64,000 nucleotides of DNA from IMG/VR virus record IMGVR_UViG_3300013121_000004, positions 32,001 through 96,000 of that record, one strand, 5' to 3'. Below the pieces are notes generated by a model. It searched no databases and was not told the DNA's origin. It saw only the letters and a program-made list of their open reading frames with translations. Of this stretch, positions 9,738 to 18,737 are shown in pieces; within the stretch, counting starts at the first letter, position 1, and every line of letters starts with the position of its first letter. The position numbers and the translations under genes were made by a program. The stretch is from a virus (lineage: Duplodnaviria; Caudoviricetes).

Positions 9738-10095
9738 AAATTGTCCTATCTTTGAATAACTCTTTGACTTTTATAGCCGTAGTGCTTAGCTGTTCTGTTA
9801 CTTCGTTTCTGATAGTCTCCAATTTTCGTAATGACACTTCAGGTGAATTCCCCACCACCGACACATTAAAGAGTACTTCATTGTCTTCTCCTCCATAAGC
9901 CATAAATCTAATTGCAACGTATTCTGATTCATCGCGGGGATACCTTTCGACTTCTACGTAAAGCCCTTTATTGTGCGCGATAATCGCCCAACAATCGGAT
10001 TGATAACTGTAGCTAGAGACATCCCATCCGTCAGTTTCAGCTTGTAGGCCGAAGTATTGCTTGGCTTTTTGTTTTAAGTATTCGTCCGATACCAC
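9724..10095 (-). CDS. hypothetical protein
   Basis: AGGAG plus GTG start. Confidence 0.6.
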   Translation of the reverse strand: MVSDEYLKQKAKQYFGLQAETDGWDVSSYSYQSDCWAIIAHNKGLYVEVERYPRDESEYVAIRFMAYGGEDNEVLFNVSVVGNSPEVSLRKLETIRNEVTEQLSTTAIKVKELFKDRTIYGKT

Positions 10096-10424
10096 ATTAA
10101 CTCCTGTGCAATCTCCTTAACATTATTACCGATGTCGGTAAGGTGCACTAGCTCACCATTAGAGATAGTGACAACTTTGTGGTCATTCCATTCTTCTCCA
10201 ATGGAGCCTACATAGAAGTCAATAAACTTCAAGTGTGATTTTGCGACATTCAAAATAGCATTGATAAAAACCTCAGGAGGAGAGCTAAATCTATCTGCGC
10301 GAGGCTCTCCATTTCGATAGAATGCCATACTCGACTCTGGCATCTTTTCATATAACACGTCTACTACATAAGCAGTTAGTTGTTGAGTTTTACCGAATAC
10401 ATAATAATAGTAATCAGCACTCAT
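10074..10424 (-). CDS. hypothetical protein
   Basis: ORF track; RBS present. Confidence 0.6.
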   Translation of the reverse strand: MSADYYYYVFGKTQQLTAYVVDVLYEKMPESSMAFYRNGEPRADRFSSPPEVFINAILNVAKSHLKFIDFYVGSIGEEWNDHKVVTISNGELVHLTDIGNNVKEIAQELMWYRTNT

Positions 10425-10427
10425 GTA

Positions 10428-11150
10428 TCACTCCCAATATGCTTTTCTAACCTTGAGGAGAAACTCATTGATTCGATCTAAGTCTGGTTTTTTGTCTTTA
10501 TAGGGAGAATTATTGTACGCTTCGCGCAGCCTGTTTTCAGCAGGCTCAATTATTGGCACAATATCCCTCAACGATAGCGCCTTACTCGTGTGCTGCCATC
10601 TACGTAGCGTGTCAGCAGTATGATAAGTTTGAATGTTTAGCGGAAATTTGCCGTATGTATACAGTATTGTTCCCTGCTCTAGTGTGCGTAGCCAAGTTAC
10701 AGCTAGTTTATTTGTCCTAATATCTGTGGTATCTCTTTTGAATAACCTGTCTCGTTGGGAGGCAGCATACCCAAGATATGCTCGATACGCTTTTTTACCG
10801 TCCCAGACACTGCTGAACATCCGCCTTAATTCTGTTTCAAATGCGGACGATTGCAGCGATTGGGGTTGGACTTGCTTTCTATATACATTAGAAGCCATGT
10901 ACATCTCTAGGATGGTAGGATTGCTAGCTGTTGAAAGTTGCAAAAACCTACCTACTTCGATAGATGTATAGTCGTCTCCTTCCATGATTTCTTCAGATCG
11001 ATTACCCTTATCAGCTAAACCGATACTAAGTAACTCTGCCGTAGGCTTGACATGTACTGCACGAATGTCCCAATCGGAATCAGGACGCCACAGCCCGTAA
11101 GCCCTAGAGCCTGTTAGGACGGATAAGATTACCGGGTATTTATCAGCCAT
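10428..11150 (-). CDS. DNA polymerase-beta superfamily nucleotidyltransferase (RlaP/YcgL-like)
   Basis: GSRAYGL..PDSDWDIR, SNPTILE, YLGYA.SQ motifs. Confidence 0.85.
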   Translation of the reverse strand: MADKYPVILSVLTGSRAYGLWRPDSDWDIRAVHVKPTAELLSIGLADKGNRSEEIMEGDDYTSIEVGRFLQLSTASNPTILEMYMASNVYRKQVQPQSLQSSAFETELRRMFSSVWDGKKAYRAYLGYAASQRDRLFKRDTTDIRTNKLAVTWLRTLEQGTILYTYGKFPLNIQTYHTADTLRRWQHTSKALSLRDIVPIIEPAENRLREAYNNSPYKDKKPDLDRINEFLLKVRKAYWE

Positions 11151-11424
11151 TTATACGAGACACCTCCAATCCTACTAGGGTAGTCATTATCTTTTCTCCG
11201 TTGTGCTCGACTTCGATGTATGCTTTCCTGACAGGTATATACGTACCGCCACGTACGCCTTGTTCAGATATATGCATACCACTCTCTTTGACCGTGACAG
11301 TTTTATGCTCTAGTGAGCCGTCAGGCCAGCGCACTACGACGCATTCACCGTTTCTGAACTCTCCGTAGGCATCCTTATCTACATAGTTCCAGTTACTTGT
11401 TTCTACTACCTTGCTAAAAATCAT
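11143..11424 (-). CDS. hypothetical protein
   Basis: Likely start at ATG 11424 after GGAG (ATGA overlap with the ligase stop). Confidence 0.55.
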   Translation of the reverse strand: MIFSKVVETSNWNYVDKDAYGEFRNGECVVVRWPDGSLEHKTVTVKESGMHISEQGVRGGTYIPVRKAYIEVEHNGEKIMTTLVGLEVSRING

Positions 11425-12335
11425 TGCTCTCCAAACTGCCTTTCTACAAGCTTTTGCTTGTACCATTCGGCTACGCCACGTCCCCAAGGTAGTTTAATTT
11501 CTCGTTTGAACATCCGCCATAGTTGTTCTTTGATTTCTTCCTTACCCTCTTTAAGGCAGTCTGCTTGTACTTCCTTGATGAGTGCGCTGATATCCCGTAC
11601 CGAATGTTCGATTAATCCTTGCTCTTCTAGATGAATAAGAGCTTTGTTCCAACGAGGTTCTGTATTATAAGACTGCCCTAGGGCGGCAAGCTGTTCTTTA
11701 GTGTTTGGATTATCGTTCTTCCAGTGTACCTTTTGTACTTCTTTGTACTCTGGTCGTACATACTTAGCCATTAGTGTACGCTTACTGGCGTCAAACACGC
11801 CATATGCTTTGATGACTACGCCTTCAATAATGCCACCAAGCATTGACGGGTAGGTAAGGAAATTGTCTAGGTCAGCCTGTGATACTACGTTTCCGTAGTA
11901 CATGACTGGTGTCACTTCTAGGCCAAGCTCCTTACCTAGCTTCATTTTATCGTACAGGTCTAAGTACAGTTCCTGCCCAACTTCTACGTCGAACAGGACA
12001 AAGTTCCCATTAGGTACTCGCTCGTAAGTAATCCCATTATGGCGTAAAGCCATAATAGATTCGCCACGATACACCCATCCGGGAGTAAGTACACCGCTAT
12101 CATAAAGACGGAGCGCCGTATTGCAAGCACCTGCGAACAGGTTGTCTGCTGCATGTACGTCAACGACTGCTTTCTTAGAACGAGCTTTTAGCTCGCCCGT
12201 CTCTGGATCTACTGAGAAAGAGAACTGACTACCGTCTAGCTTCTCTTCGATTAGTACGTGGTAGTTAAAGATATCTGCCACAGCAGGATGCCCTAGATTG
12301 TAGATAGACGGATAGCTCCGTACTCCATTAGACAC
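11421..12335 (-). CDS. ATP-dependent RNA ligase (Rnl2-like)
   Basis: Motif I EEKLDGSQ, YRGE, FVLFDV, EGVVIK, MAKYV. Confidence 0.85.
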   Translation of the reverse strand: MSNGVRSYPSIYNLGHPAVADIFNYHVLIEEKLDGSQFSFSVDPETGELKARSKKAVVDVHAADNLFAGACNTALRLYDSGVLTPGWVYRGESIMALRHNGITYERVPNGNFVLFDVEVGQELYLDLYDKMKLGKELGLEVTPVMYYGNVVSQADLDNFLTYPSMLGGIIEGVVIKAYGVFDASKRTLMAKYVRPEYKEVQKVHWKNDNPNTKEQLAALGQSYNTEPRWNKALIHLEEQGLIEHSVRDISALIKEVQADCLKEGKEEIKEQLWRMFKREIKLPWGRGVAEWYKQKLVERQFGEQ

Positions 12336-12525
12336 ATTCGTACTCCTTCTCCGCTACTGAGTCGTATTTTAGCTTCGCTGTAGCGATTACTTCGTAGCAA
12401 TCAGCGCCATCGTTATAGTATTGTTTGATGGCTTCCTTCTCTGCTGCTAGAGGGCTAGGAGCATACACATCGTATAAGTTCCATAGAAGACCATGTTTAC
12501 GTAGCATGACTGTATAGAGTTTCAT
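12328..12525 (-). CDS. hypothetical protein
   Basis: ORF track. Confidence 0.5.
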   Translation of the reverse strand: MKLYTVMLRKHGLLWNLYDVYAPSPLAAEKEAIKQYYNDGADCYEVIATAKLKYDSVAEKEYECV

Positions 12526-12662
12526 TTACGATACCGTTCCTTACGTACTGTAGGAGATACTTGCGGGAATGCTGCTAAAATAGCTACTGTTACTGTAAAC
12601 AGGAATGAAGTCAACATAATTAATGTGCTTGCTAGCAGGATGAGTTTACTTAGCATTTATAC

Positions 12663-12989
12663 TTATTGTCCATCAATGACGCCTGTCTGCTTTACTGGCT
12701 GAAATATCTTGATTTCATTGTCATACAAGACTACTCTTCGCTGTTTATCTTCGCGCTCCTCGACAGCTACTATAACATATCCTACACGCACACCATCAAT
12801 CATGACCTCTTGTGCGCGTATCTTAACTGGTCGCCACCCATCTTCGATAGTGTGATAAGTTATAGACCAACTCCACACACTAGATGACCAAGCTACCTTG
12901 CGCTCTCGTTTGCCATTATCGTTGAACTCCCTGTAGTAGAAAGCCTCTGAGTCTTTAATGGGCACCCATCGTGACACGTGAAGATGCAT
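12663..12989 (-). CDS. hypothetical protein
   Basis: ORF track. Confidence 0.5.
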   Translation of the reverse strand: MHLHVSRWVPIKDSEAFYYREFNDNGKRERKVAWSSSVWSWSITYHTIEDGWRPVKIRAQEVMIDGVRVGYVIVAVEEREDKQRRVVLYDNEIKIFQPVKQTGVIDGQ

Positions 12990-13674
12990 CCTTTCTCATA
13001 TATTCTTTTTCCATCGTTGGTTTAAGAGCCACTCTACTAAGCACGATATCGAGCATATCAAGCTCGTTCAAGTGGTTAATAGTATCGTTAGAGTTTGCCT
13101 TGAAGCACTTATCAAGTTCGTCTCGTACACGATTCTCATCTGCTGTATAAATTAGTTCCCGATTACGCTGCATCGCTTGGAAAGTGTCAATATCGATCCA
13201 GAAATTAAGCGTAACTGAGAATCGAATAGCTCGAAGGATACGGAGACTGTCTTCTCTGAATCTTTTCTCCGCATCTCCAACGGCCTTAATACACTTCATG
13301 CTAATATCGTCTACACCGTTATAAGGGTCAGTCACTTCTCCGCTTTCAGTGTCTACTGCAATAGCGTTCATAGTGAAGTCTCGTCTAGCTAGATCATCGT
13401 AGATAGTACCAACCTCTACGTTAGCAGGGTGTCTTCCGTCTATATATTCCCCATCCTTTCGGCACAGAACGTAGTCAGCAGTAAGCTGCCCCGGAATCCG
13501 CGCACGAATAGTGTAGTATTCTGGGTGCTCCAAGAAAATTTCTCCGCCCCACAGTACGATATACTCTTTCATCACTTCGTATGATGGGGCTTCCACGGCG
13601 TAATCGATATCCTTAGAAGGTCTATTGAGGTATGCATCTCTAACAGCACCTCCTACATAATAGAGCTTAATCAC
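12955..13674 (-). CDS. class II tRNA nucleotidyltransferase (CCA-adding / poly(A) polymerase family), compact
   Basis: VGGAVRD...DID, DDLARRDFTMNAIA, DPYNG..D, RFREDSLRILRAIRF. Confidence 0.9.
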   Translation of the reverse strand: MIKLYYVGGAVRDAYLNRPSKDIDYAVEAPSYEVMKEYIVLWGGEIFLEHPEYYTIRARIPGQLTADYVLCRKDGEYIDGRHPANVEVGTIYDDLARRDFTMNAIAVDTESGEVTDPYNGVDDISMKCIKAVGDAEKRFREDSLRILRAIRFSVTLNFWIDIDTFQAMQRNRELIYTADENRVRDELDKCFKANSNDTINHLNELDMLDIVLSRVALKPTMEKEYMRKDASSRVTMGAH

Positions 13675-13686
13675 AATACCTTACCT

Positions 13687-14220
13687 TTAGCTATCATCGT
13701 CCTCGTCGTCTTCTTCGTCCCACTCTCGTGGTTCGTCGTGTTCGTTTTCTTCGTTTTCTGGCATCATCCATGTGTTGATGTTAATGTTTCCGAACCACAT
13801 ATTACCGCCGTAGTTTCTGCATTCTGTTTCTTCGGTGAACTCTACTACGGTTCCGTACTTTTCGATAGACTGCCCTAGCTTATCCTTATCTACGTACTCA
13901 AGTGGTACGAGTCCAATCATACCTGAGTCTACCGAGTAGCTGTATCCGTCAGAACCGGGATATACCCAGTCTCCAAACGCAGTACCAAAGCTAAGCACGT
14001 AGTAATTAATGTGCCGAAGATGGCCGTCTTCATCGTCTTCTAATGCGGACACACCAGCAATCGGAGAAGTCATAAAGCAGCCAGACACATCTAGAGCGTA
14101 ATCGTAATGCTTTGAAGGCATTACATAGCACGGATCTCCCAAGTAATACTTACCCGGAGGCACAATCACTTCCCAAGACTGCTTCTTAATTTTCATTCGA
14201 TAGTTATTCTTAGTCACCAT
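13687..14220 (-). CDS. conserved phage hypothetical protein with acidic tail
   Basis: GDPCYV...TAFGD..Y...VDSG.IG motif pattern. Confidence 0.65.
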   Translation of the reverse strand: MVTKNNYRMKIKKQSWEVIVPPGKYYLGDPCYVMPSKHYDYALDVSGCFMTSPIAGVSALEDDEDGHLRHINYYVLSFGTAFGDWVYPGSDGYSYSVDSGMIGLVPLEYVDKDKLGQSIEKYGTVVEFTEETECRNYGGNMWFGNININTWMMPENEENEHDEPREWDEEDDEDDDS

Positions 14221-14222
14221 TA

Positions 14223-14732
14223 TTAAACCTTACCATTACTCTTAGACTCTTCGTATAGCTTTTCAAGCTCTGAGTTGTCCATCCCGTTGTACTTATCCAG
14301 TTGTTCCTTCACCTTGTCGAGGTTTGTGCCTGTAATACATACATCGTATGCCCGCTTCCAATCGCTTCCGATCTGCATACGTTGAAAGGTACCGTACTGC
14401 ACCTTCACTTCAGGGCGACTATTCCATGCTTTAGCCATATCAGGAATATACATAGGATAGTGGAAAGTCTGAAGCACTTCACCGTCTTCTTTATCATAAC
14501 TGTAAGAGAGAGGAGCGACTTTACCGTCATCTTCCGTACACAGACTGGCACTGTAGAGATATTTGATATCAGGCATTTCTCCTTCGTAAAAGAAGTAAAC
14601 CTCTTGCACTTCTAGCGTTTTATCCATAGCATCTCGGATGCGTTCTGCGTGCTCCTTCGACTCAGTAACTGTATCTGGGCCGAACACGTTCCCATCAGTA
14701 TCGGAGCTTACAATTCCCCACAATACTTTCAT
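14223..14732 (-). CDS. hypothetical protein
   Basis: ORF track. Confidence 0.6.
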   Translation of the reverse strand: MKVLWGIVSSDTDGNVFGPDTVTESKEHAERIRDAMDKTLEVQEVYFFYEGEMPDIKYLYSASLCTEDDGKVAPLSYSYDKEDGEVLQTFHYPMYIPDMAKAWNSRPEVKVQYGTFQRMQIGSDWKRAYDVCITGTNLDKVKEQLDKYNGMDNSELEKLYEESKSNGKV

Positions 14733-14754
14733 CGATCCATCCCCTATTTGTTTT

Positions 14755-14830
14755 TGGCGCGCCCGACAGGACTCGAACCTGTGACACGTAGCTTAGAAGG
14801 CTACTGCTCTATCCACTGAGCTACGGGCGC
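14755..14830 (-). tRNA. tRNA-Arg (anticodon TCT), CCA encoded
   Basis: GCGCCCG/CGGGCGC acceptor stem, TAGCTCAGTGGATAGAGC D arm, GTAGC-CT-TCT-AA-GCTAC, GGTTCGAGTCC, 3' GCCA; 76 nt. Confidence 0.95.
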
Positions 14831-15033
14831 GTGTATTACTTAGTCTTGTTTATTGGCGCAGTATGTTTCCCATTCTGCTTTGAACGCTTCTACAAGTTCT
14901 TCAGCAAACCCAAGTCGTTTAGCCCCTGCTACGGCTTTGAAGCATGAATCTTCCATTCGGGAATGATTCGTGCCATTGTTTGAGATACTCTTGTTCCCGT
15001 AGAGAGATTAACTCTCGCACCGTCATCAAGTCG

Positions 15034-15696
15034 TTACTCATTGACATAGCTGTTCAATTCTTTTTGCATATTGATTCGCGCTTGAGCTTCAAGTTTATCA
15101 TGGAAGAAATTCGTAAGGTAGATCCTAGGGCGAGCTAGGGTGCTTTCCAAGAACTTTTTACGTTCTTCCACGAACGTCTTGTGAGAGAACCCGGCATCAG
15201 TATACTCGTTATATACACCCCACCTGTATTCGGAATAGTTGTACATATCACCTAAGATAGCCATGTCTAAGTCCATCAAGATATCATGCGTTCTGTACGT
15301 GATATTACTATTATGGCTTTTAGTGCCGTTGATCAGGCAAGATACGCGATCAATGGCTCCTAGTGCTAAGTCCGACGGTAGCGCATTTAGAAGGAATGCT
15401 GCTGCTACTTGGGCGCTACGTTCTTCGTTGTCAGTGCGTTTAACATCATAAACGACATCGTGGAACCAGATAGCGCACTCGAGTTCCCATCTTTCCGTGG
15501 CAGTTAGCTTAAGTTCTACCGTGTTCTGCATGTCTTCTAACATCTGTAGCATGTACATTACATGACTAAGATTGTGGTAGTACCTTCCACTATAATTCGA
15601 GGTAAGCGTCCAGATAAAAGGCCATCCATTAAAATAAGAGATGAATCGCTGCCACTCTTTAAGTACTGGATATAGGCGTGGTTCTGTACCAATCAC
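15034..15696 (-). CDS. HD-superfamily metal-dependent phosphohydrolase
   Basis: RYYHNLSH, WFHDVVYD, NEERSA, DLDMAILG. Confidence 0.85.
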   Translation of the reverse strand: MIGTEPRLYPVLKEWQRFISYFNGWPFIWTLTSNYSGRYYHNLSHVMYMLQMLEDMQNTVELKLTATERWELECAIWFHDVVYDVKRTDNEERSAQVAAAFLLNALPSDLALGAIDRVSCLINGTKSHNSNITYRTHDILMDLDMAILGDMYNYSEYRWGVYNEYTDAGFSHKTFVEERKKFLESTLARPRIYLTNFFHDKLEAQARINMQKELNSYVNE

Positions 15697-16220
15697 TACA
15701 GGAAACTCCTAAAGGTATATCGAATGCAGTCAGCGATCTCTTGGAATGTGTAATCCAAGGTGTCGTTTAGCTCTGATGCTACCACATACACGTCTCTACC
15801 TTCCAGAAGGTCGTCTTCAATCCCTTGAATTGCGTCTTCTAGCTCGATCGTCGCTTCGTCTATAATCGAGTAGTATTTTTTAAGAGTCTTACTGATCAAC
15901 CAAGGAGGAATAGCGAGAGGAATATCGCTACGATTGTTAGGTTGTTCCGTAGCCGAGCCCAGTTTGGCTGCCAACCCTGTCGGGATGTAGCACATAGATT
16001 CGATCGTAACAACGTCCTTGTCTTCTTCGACTAGGTAGTATAGTTTGCCTATGGATTCACTATACTGCGGGTTAATCGTCCATGTTCCGAAATTGCTGCG
16101 GTCACACAATACCCCGAGACAGCAGAACCTGCCATTTTGTCGTAGTTTTCGCCGTATTTGTGAGTACCCACCAGATTCGAGCGCATCAATCCACTCCTTA
16201 ACCAACTGCACATCTACCAT
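15696..16220 (-). CDS. conserved phage hypothetical protein
   Basis: W..ALESG.Y.Q...L...CCLGVLC...LND....F.EIAD.I. Confidence 0.7.
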   Translation of the reverse strand: MVDVQLVKEWIDALESGGYSQIRRKLRQNGRFCCLGVLCDRSNFGTWTINPQYSESIGKLYYLVEEDKDVVTIESMCYIPTGLAAKLGSATEQPNNRSDIPLAIPPWLISKTLKKYYSIIDEATIELEDAIQGIEDDLLEGRDVYVVASELNDTLDYTFQEIADCIRYTFRSFL

Positions 16221-16242
16221 CTCATTCTCCTACAGTAAATTC

Positions 16243-16317
16243 CTATTTGCCTTGTTTATACTTTCCGCTTTCGAGTTCATCGACCCAACTCTTGATGAGT
16301 TCGATATTAAGAGTCAT
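16243..16317 (-). pseudogene. 24-aa remnant paralogous to the N-terminus of 15696..16220
   Basis: MTLNIELIKSWVDELESGKYKQGK* versus MVDVQLVKEWIDALESGGYSQ. Confidence 0.65.
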
Positions 16318-16525
16318 AGAAAGAGACACATTCCTTTCGAGCTAACTCTGCGTTTTCTTCGTACGGGCCTTTGATGTATCCGTCAAAGATTACCGCTACT
16401 GTGCCGAGTTCACCGAGTTCATCGACGGCTGCGACCACCCGGTTTTCGTCAAAATCAGGCGGGTCACACACTACCCTGATAAGCAACATGCGTGTATGTT
16501 TTGGAATCTCAATGGGGACGTACAT
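16307..16525 (-). CDS. hypothetical protein
   Basis: ORF track. Confidence 0.5.
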   Translation of the reverse strand: MYVPIEIPKHTRMLLIRVVCDPPDFDENRVVAAVDELGELGTVAVIFDGYIKGPYEENAELARKECVSFYDS

Positions 16526-16547
16526 ATTTTCTATTTTCTGTGTTTTA

Positions 16548-16623
16548 TGGTGGGCCTGCTGGGATTCGAACCCAGAACCTACAAGTTATGAGCTTGTTGC
16601 TCTAACCGTTGAGCTACAGGCCC
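16548..16623 (-). tRNA. tRNA with CAT anticodon, most likely Ile2 (lysidine-type); CCA encoded
   Basis: GGGCCTG/CAGGCCC acceptor stem with C4-G69 and C5-G68, ACAAG-CT-CAT-AA-CTTGT, GGTTCGAATCC, 3' ACCA; lacks initiator features. Confidence 0.9.
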
Positions 16624-16634
16624 TAGCTTACGTT

Positions 16635-16655
16635 AGGGTAACATATAACGCGTTA
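16635..16655 (-). promoter_or_regulatory. candidate extended -10 promoter (TGT-TACCCT) for the tRNA, with adjacent TAACGCGTTA palindrome
   Basis: Same -10 hexamer as both promoters at 30350-30413; lies about 11 nt upstream of the tRNA. Confidence 0.5.
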
Positions 16656-16660
16656 CTTTG

Positions 16661-16888
16661 CTAGCGCGTTCCCGCCGATGTGAATGCGCGAACCATAGTA
16701 GGATTGCCGCTAAGGGACACAGGAAGCCCAAGGCGCTCGCTGACTTCGACATTCATCTGCTTAAACGAATCGCGCCGACACTTCATGCATCGATTGTTGA
16801 GATACGTAACTGTAATGTCGAATGCGCGGCAACCATCACACTCGAACTTGGCGTTGCGGATAGTAAAGACCTCTGGAAGGATGTTCAT
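16661..16888 (-). CDS. zinc-finger hypothetical protein
   Basis: Two CxxC pairs; AGGAG RBS. Confidence 0.6.
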   Translation of the reverse strand: MNILPEVFTIRNAKFECDGCRAFDITVTYLNNRCMKCRRDSFKQMNVEVSERLGLPVSLSGNPTMVRAFTSAGTR

Positions 16889-16963
16889 TTTGTTTCTCCT
16901 GTTAGTTTAGAAATCGATGAAGTCGTCTTCAACACCACCGGCAGCATCGTAGTGTGCAGATGC

Positions 16964-17167
16964 TCATTTCTCCTTGAACTTGATGTTATCAAATGGTGTG
17001 CAAGTGTGCTGATCTCCTGATTTAGTCTTGAGTACCACGATTACTTCATCCTCGAAGCACTTAGGGTACTGACGAACCGTAATGATAGCAGTCAGTGAGA
17101 TGGATGTGATTGTAACGGCGATAGCTACAATCAGTACTACAAGTACAATTGCTTCTCGTCTAGTCAT
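16964..17167 (-). CDS. small membrane-anchored protein
   Basis: N-terminal hydrophobic helix. Confidence 0.55.
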   Translation of the reverse strand: MTRREAIVLVVLIVAIAVTITSISLTAIITVRQYPKCFEDEVIVVLKTKSGDQHTCTPFDNIKFKEK

Positions 17168-17627
17168 CTGCTGCTTCTACTGCACTCATGGCTTTACGCA
17201 TCGCTTCAAGCACAGGCAAATTAGCCTCCGTAGGTACGTAGATTACCTCAGAAGACCCATCATGCAACCCTTCAACCCATCGCCACAAAAGATATTCATT
17301 TGTAATACTGTTCCCGATGATACGGTTAGCTTCTGCGATACCACGCGCACGCTCTTCGTCAGTTTGCCGCTGAAGCTGAGCAGCTTCAAGCGCCGCCTGC
17401 GCTTCAAGTACCTGAATCTTACGGTCTTGTTCGGCTCGTTTGTAAGCCGCTTCGCCAGTTTTTTCTTGCGAATAGACGCGGTACTTAGGTACTCCCCAAC
17501 AAGTACCTCCAATCAGAGCTACGACAAGCACAATAACTGCCATAACCATCAAGAAAAATACAGCCGATCCAGACTCATTGCTTCCGGTTTCGTTATACAC
17601 TGGTTCCACCTTTCTTACTAATCGCAT
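17160..17627 (-). CDS. SPFH/band-7-related membrane protein
   Basis: TM helix, coiled coil ERARGIAEANRIIG.S.T.EYL, and IYVPTEANLPVLEA. Confidence 0.7.
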   Translation of the reverse strand: MRLVRKVEPVYNETGSNESGSAVFFLMVMAVIVLVVALIGGTCWGVPKYRVYSQEKTGEAAYKRAEQDRKIQVLEAQAALEAAQLQRQTDEERARGIAEANRIIGNSITNEYLLWRWVEGLHDGSSEVIYVPTEANLPVLEAMRKAMSAVEAADD

Positions 17628-17955
17628 CTAGCGCCGCCTTAACTTTGTTTCGGATTTCCGTGTAGATTTCCTGTTGCCCCTTACCCGACAGCCATTGGCT
17701 CATATTGTGCAAGAAGTGGTCAAACGTAAGCGGGGCAATCAGAGTGAGATCATCTGTGTCAGTTACCCATTCGAACGGGCTCGGACATGAACACCCTGAA
17801 TCTAGCGCATAGTATAGCTTTCCTGTTGCCTTTTCTCTCCATACGACGAGCATATTGAACGAGTACATTTCGGCAATGTCAACATCCGCGATAATCTCGA
17901 AGCCTAGTTTTTCGGGATGGTAGTAGATGTTGTGTTGGAATTTTACTGGCCCCAT
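17593..17955 (-). CDS. conserved phage hypothetical protein
   Basis: YSF...VVW...DSGCSCPSPFE motif. Confidence 0.65.
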   Translation of the reverse strand: MGPVKFQHNIYYHPEKLGFEIIADVDIAEMYSFNMLVVWREKATGKLYYALDSGCSCPSPFEWVTDTDDLTLIAPLTFDHFLHNMSQWLSGKGQQEIYTEIRNKVKAALDAISKKGGTSV

Positions 17956-18094
17956 TAGTACAGCCCTCCTAACAGTTTATACGATAGAAGCACCGCCCAC
18001 ATCACGCCTAGAGCGATGACTGTCATTCCAAGCGCAAATTCGATTGCGAATAGTGTTAACTTCAATGGCTCATTGCCTGCTTTCAATAGCTGCC

Positions 18095-18337
18095 TTAGCT
18101 TCGACATAATAGGCATCCGCCTAGTCCATTTCTATTTGCTGCTCGTAAGATTTCAAATGCTAAGTACGCAGCTAATTCCCCCGCAGCGTTCGCATCAGGT
18201 GTAGCGTCTCCGTTTTTGTCTACGAACCCGCCGTATTCGTCTCTAGCGTGCGGATTGTTACGTGCGTATTCTCGAATCTCAGCCACAAGGAGTGAACCTA
18301 GATGCCTGATACTTTTTTCACTTTCTGCTAGTGCCAA
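18095..18337 (-). CDS. hypothetical protein
   Basis: ORF track. Confidence 0.5.
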   Translation of the reverse strand: MALAESEKSIRHLGSLLVAEIREYARNNPHARDEYGGFVDKNGDATPDANAAGELAAYLAFEILRAANRNGLGGCLLCRS

Positions 18338-18611
18338 TACGCTGCTCCCTACAATTATTCTCGTAGATTTGACGAGTAATAGATGGACATTCTACATAGA
18401 TAAGTTCCTCCCTATCTTTTACTCGAATAGTGCAGCTAACGTAGCCGTTATCATCAGAGTCAAACGTGCCGCATTTAGCTGCGATTACTTCGTATCCGAG
18501 GTCTTCGGCCCACTTGGTGGCGTTATCTGCATTGTTATCAGCAATATCTCCGCATCCAACTGACAGCATTCCTACTGCTGCCAGACTGACCACAAAGAAC
18601 TTCTTGTACAT
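18318..18611 (-). CDS. putative lipoprotein
   Basis: MYKK plus hydrophobic stretch plus LSVG-C lipobox; GAGGAG RBS. Confidence 0.7.
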   Translation of the reverse strand: MYKKFFVVSLAAVGMLSVGCGDIADNNADNATKWAEDLGYEVIAAKCGTFDSDDNGYVSCTIRVKDREELIYVECPSITRQIYENNCREQRIGTSRK

Positions 18612-18737
18612 CTACTTACTCCTCTTCAAGGTCGATATCTCCACTCCCGCATCGCGGGTATTCTTCTACAGGTCGTTTGATGCGCTTACCGCAGTCGTAA
18701 CACTTGAACATTTACTGGCTCCTTACGCTCAGTCTTC

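Noticed and set aside
16548-16623. Initiator tRNA that could explain the ATA/ATT starts
   Set aside because: It has a paired G1-C72 and lacks the three consecutive G-C pairs in the anticodon stem, so it is not fMet-type.
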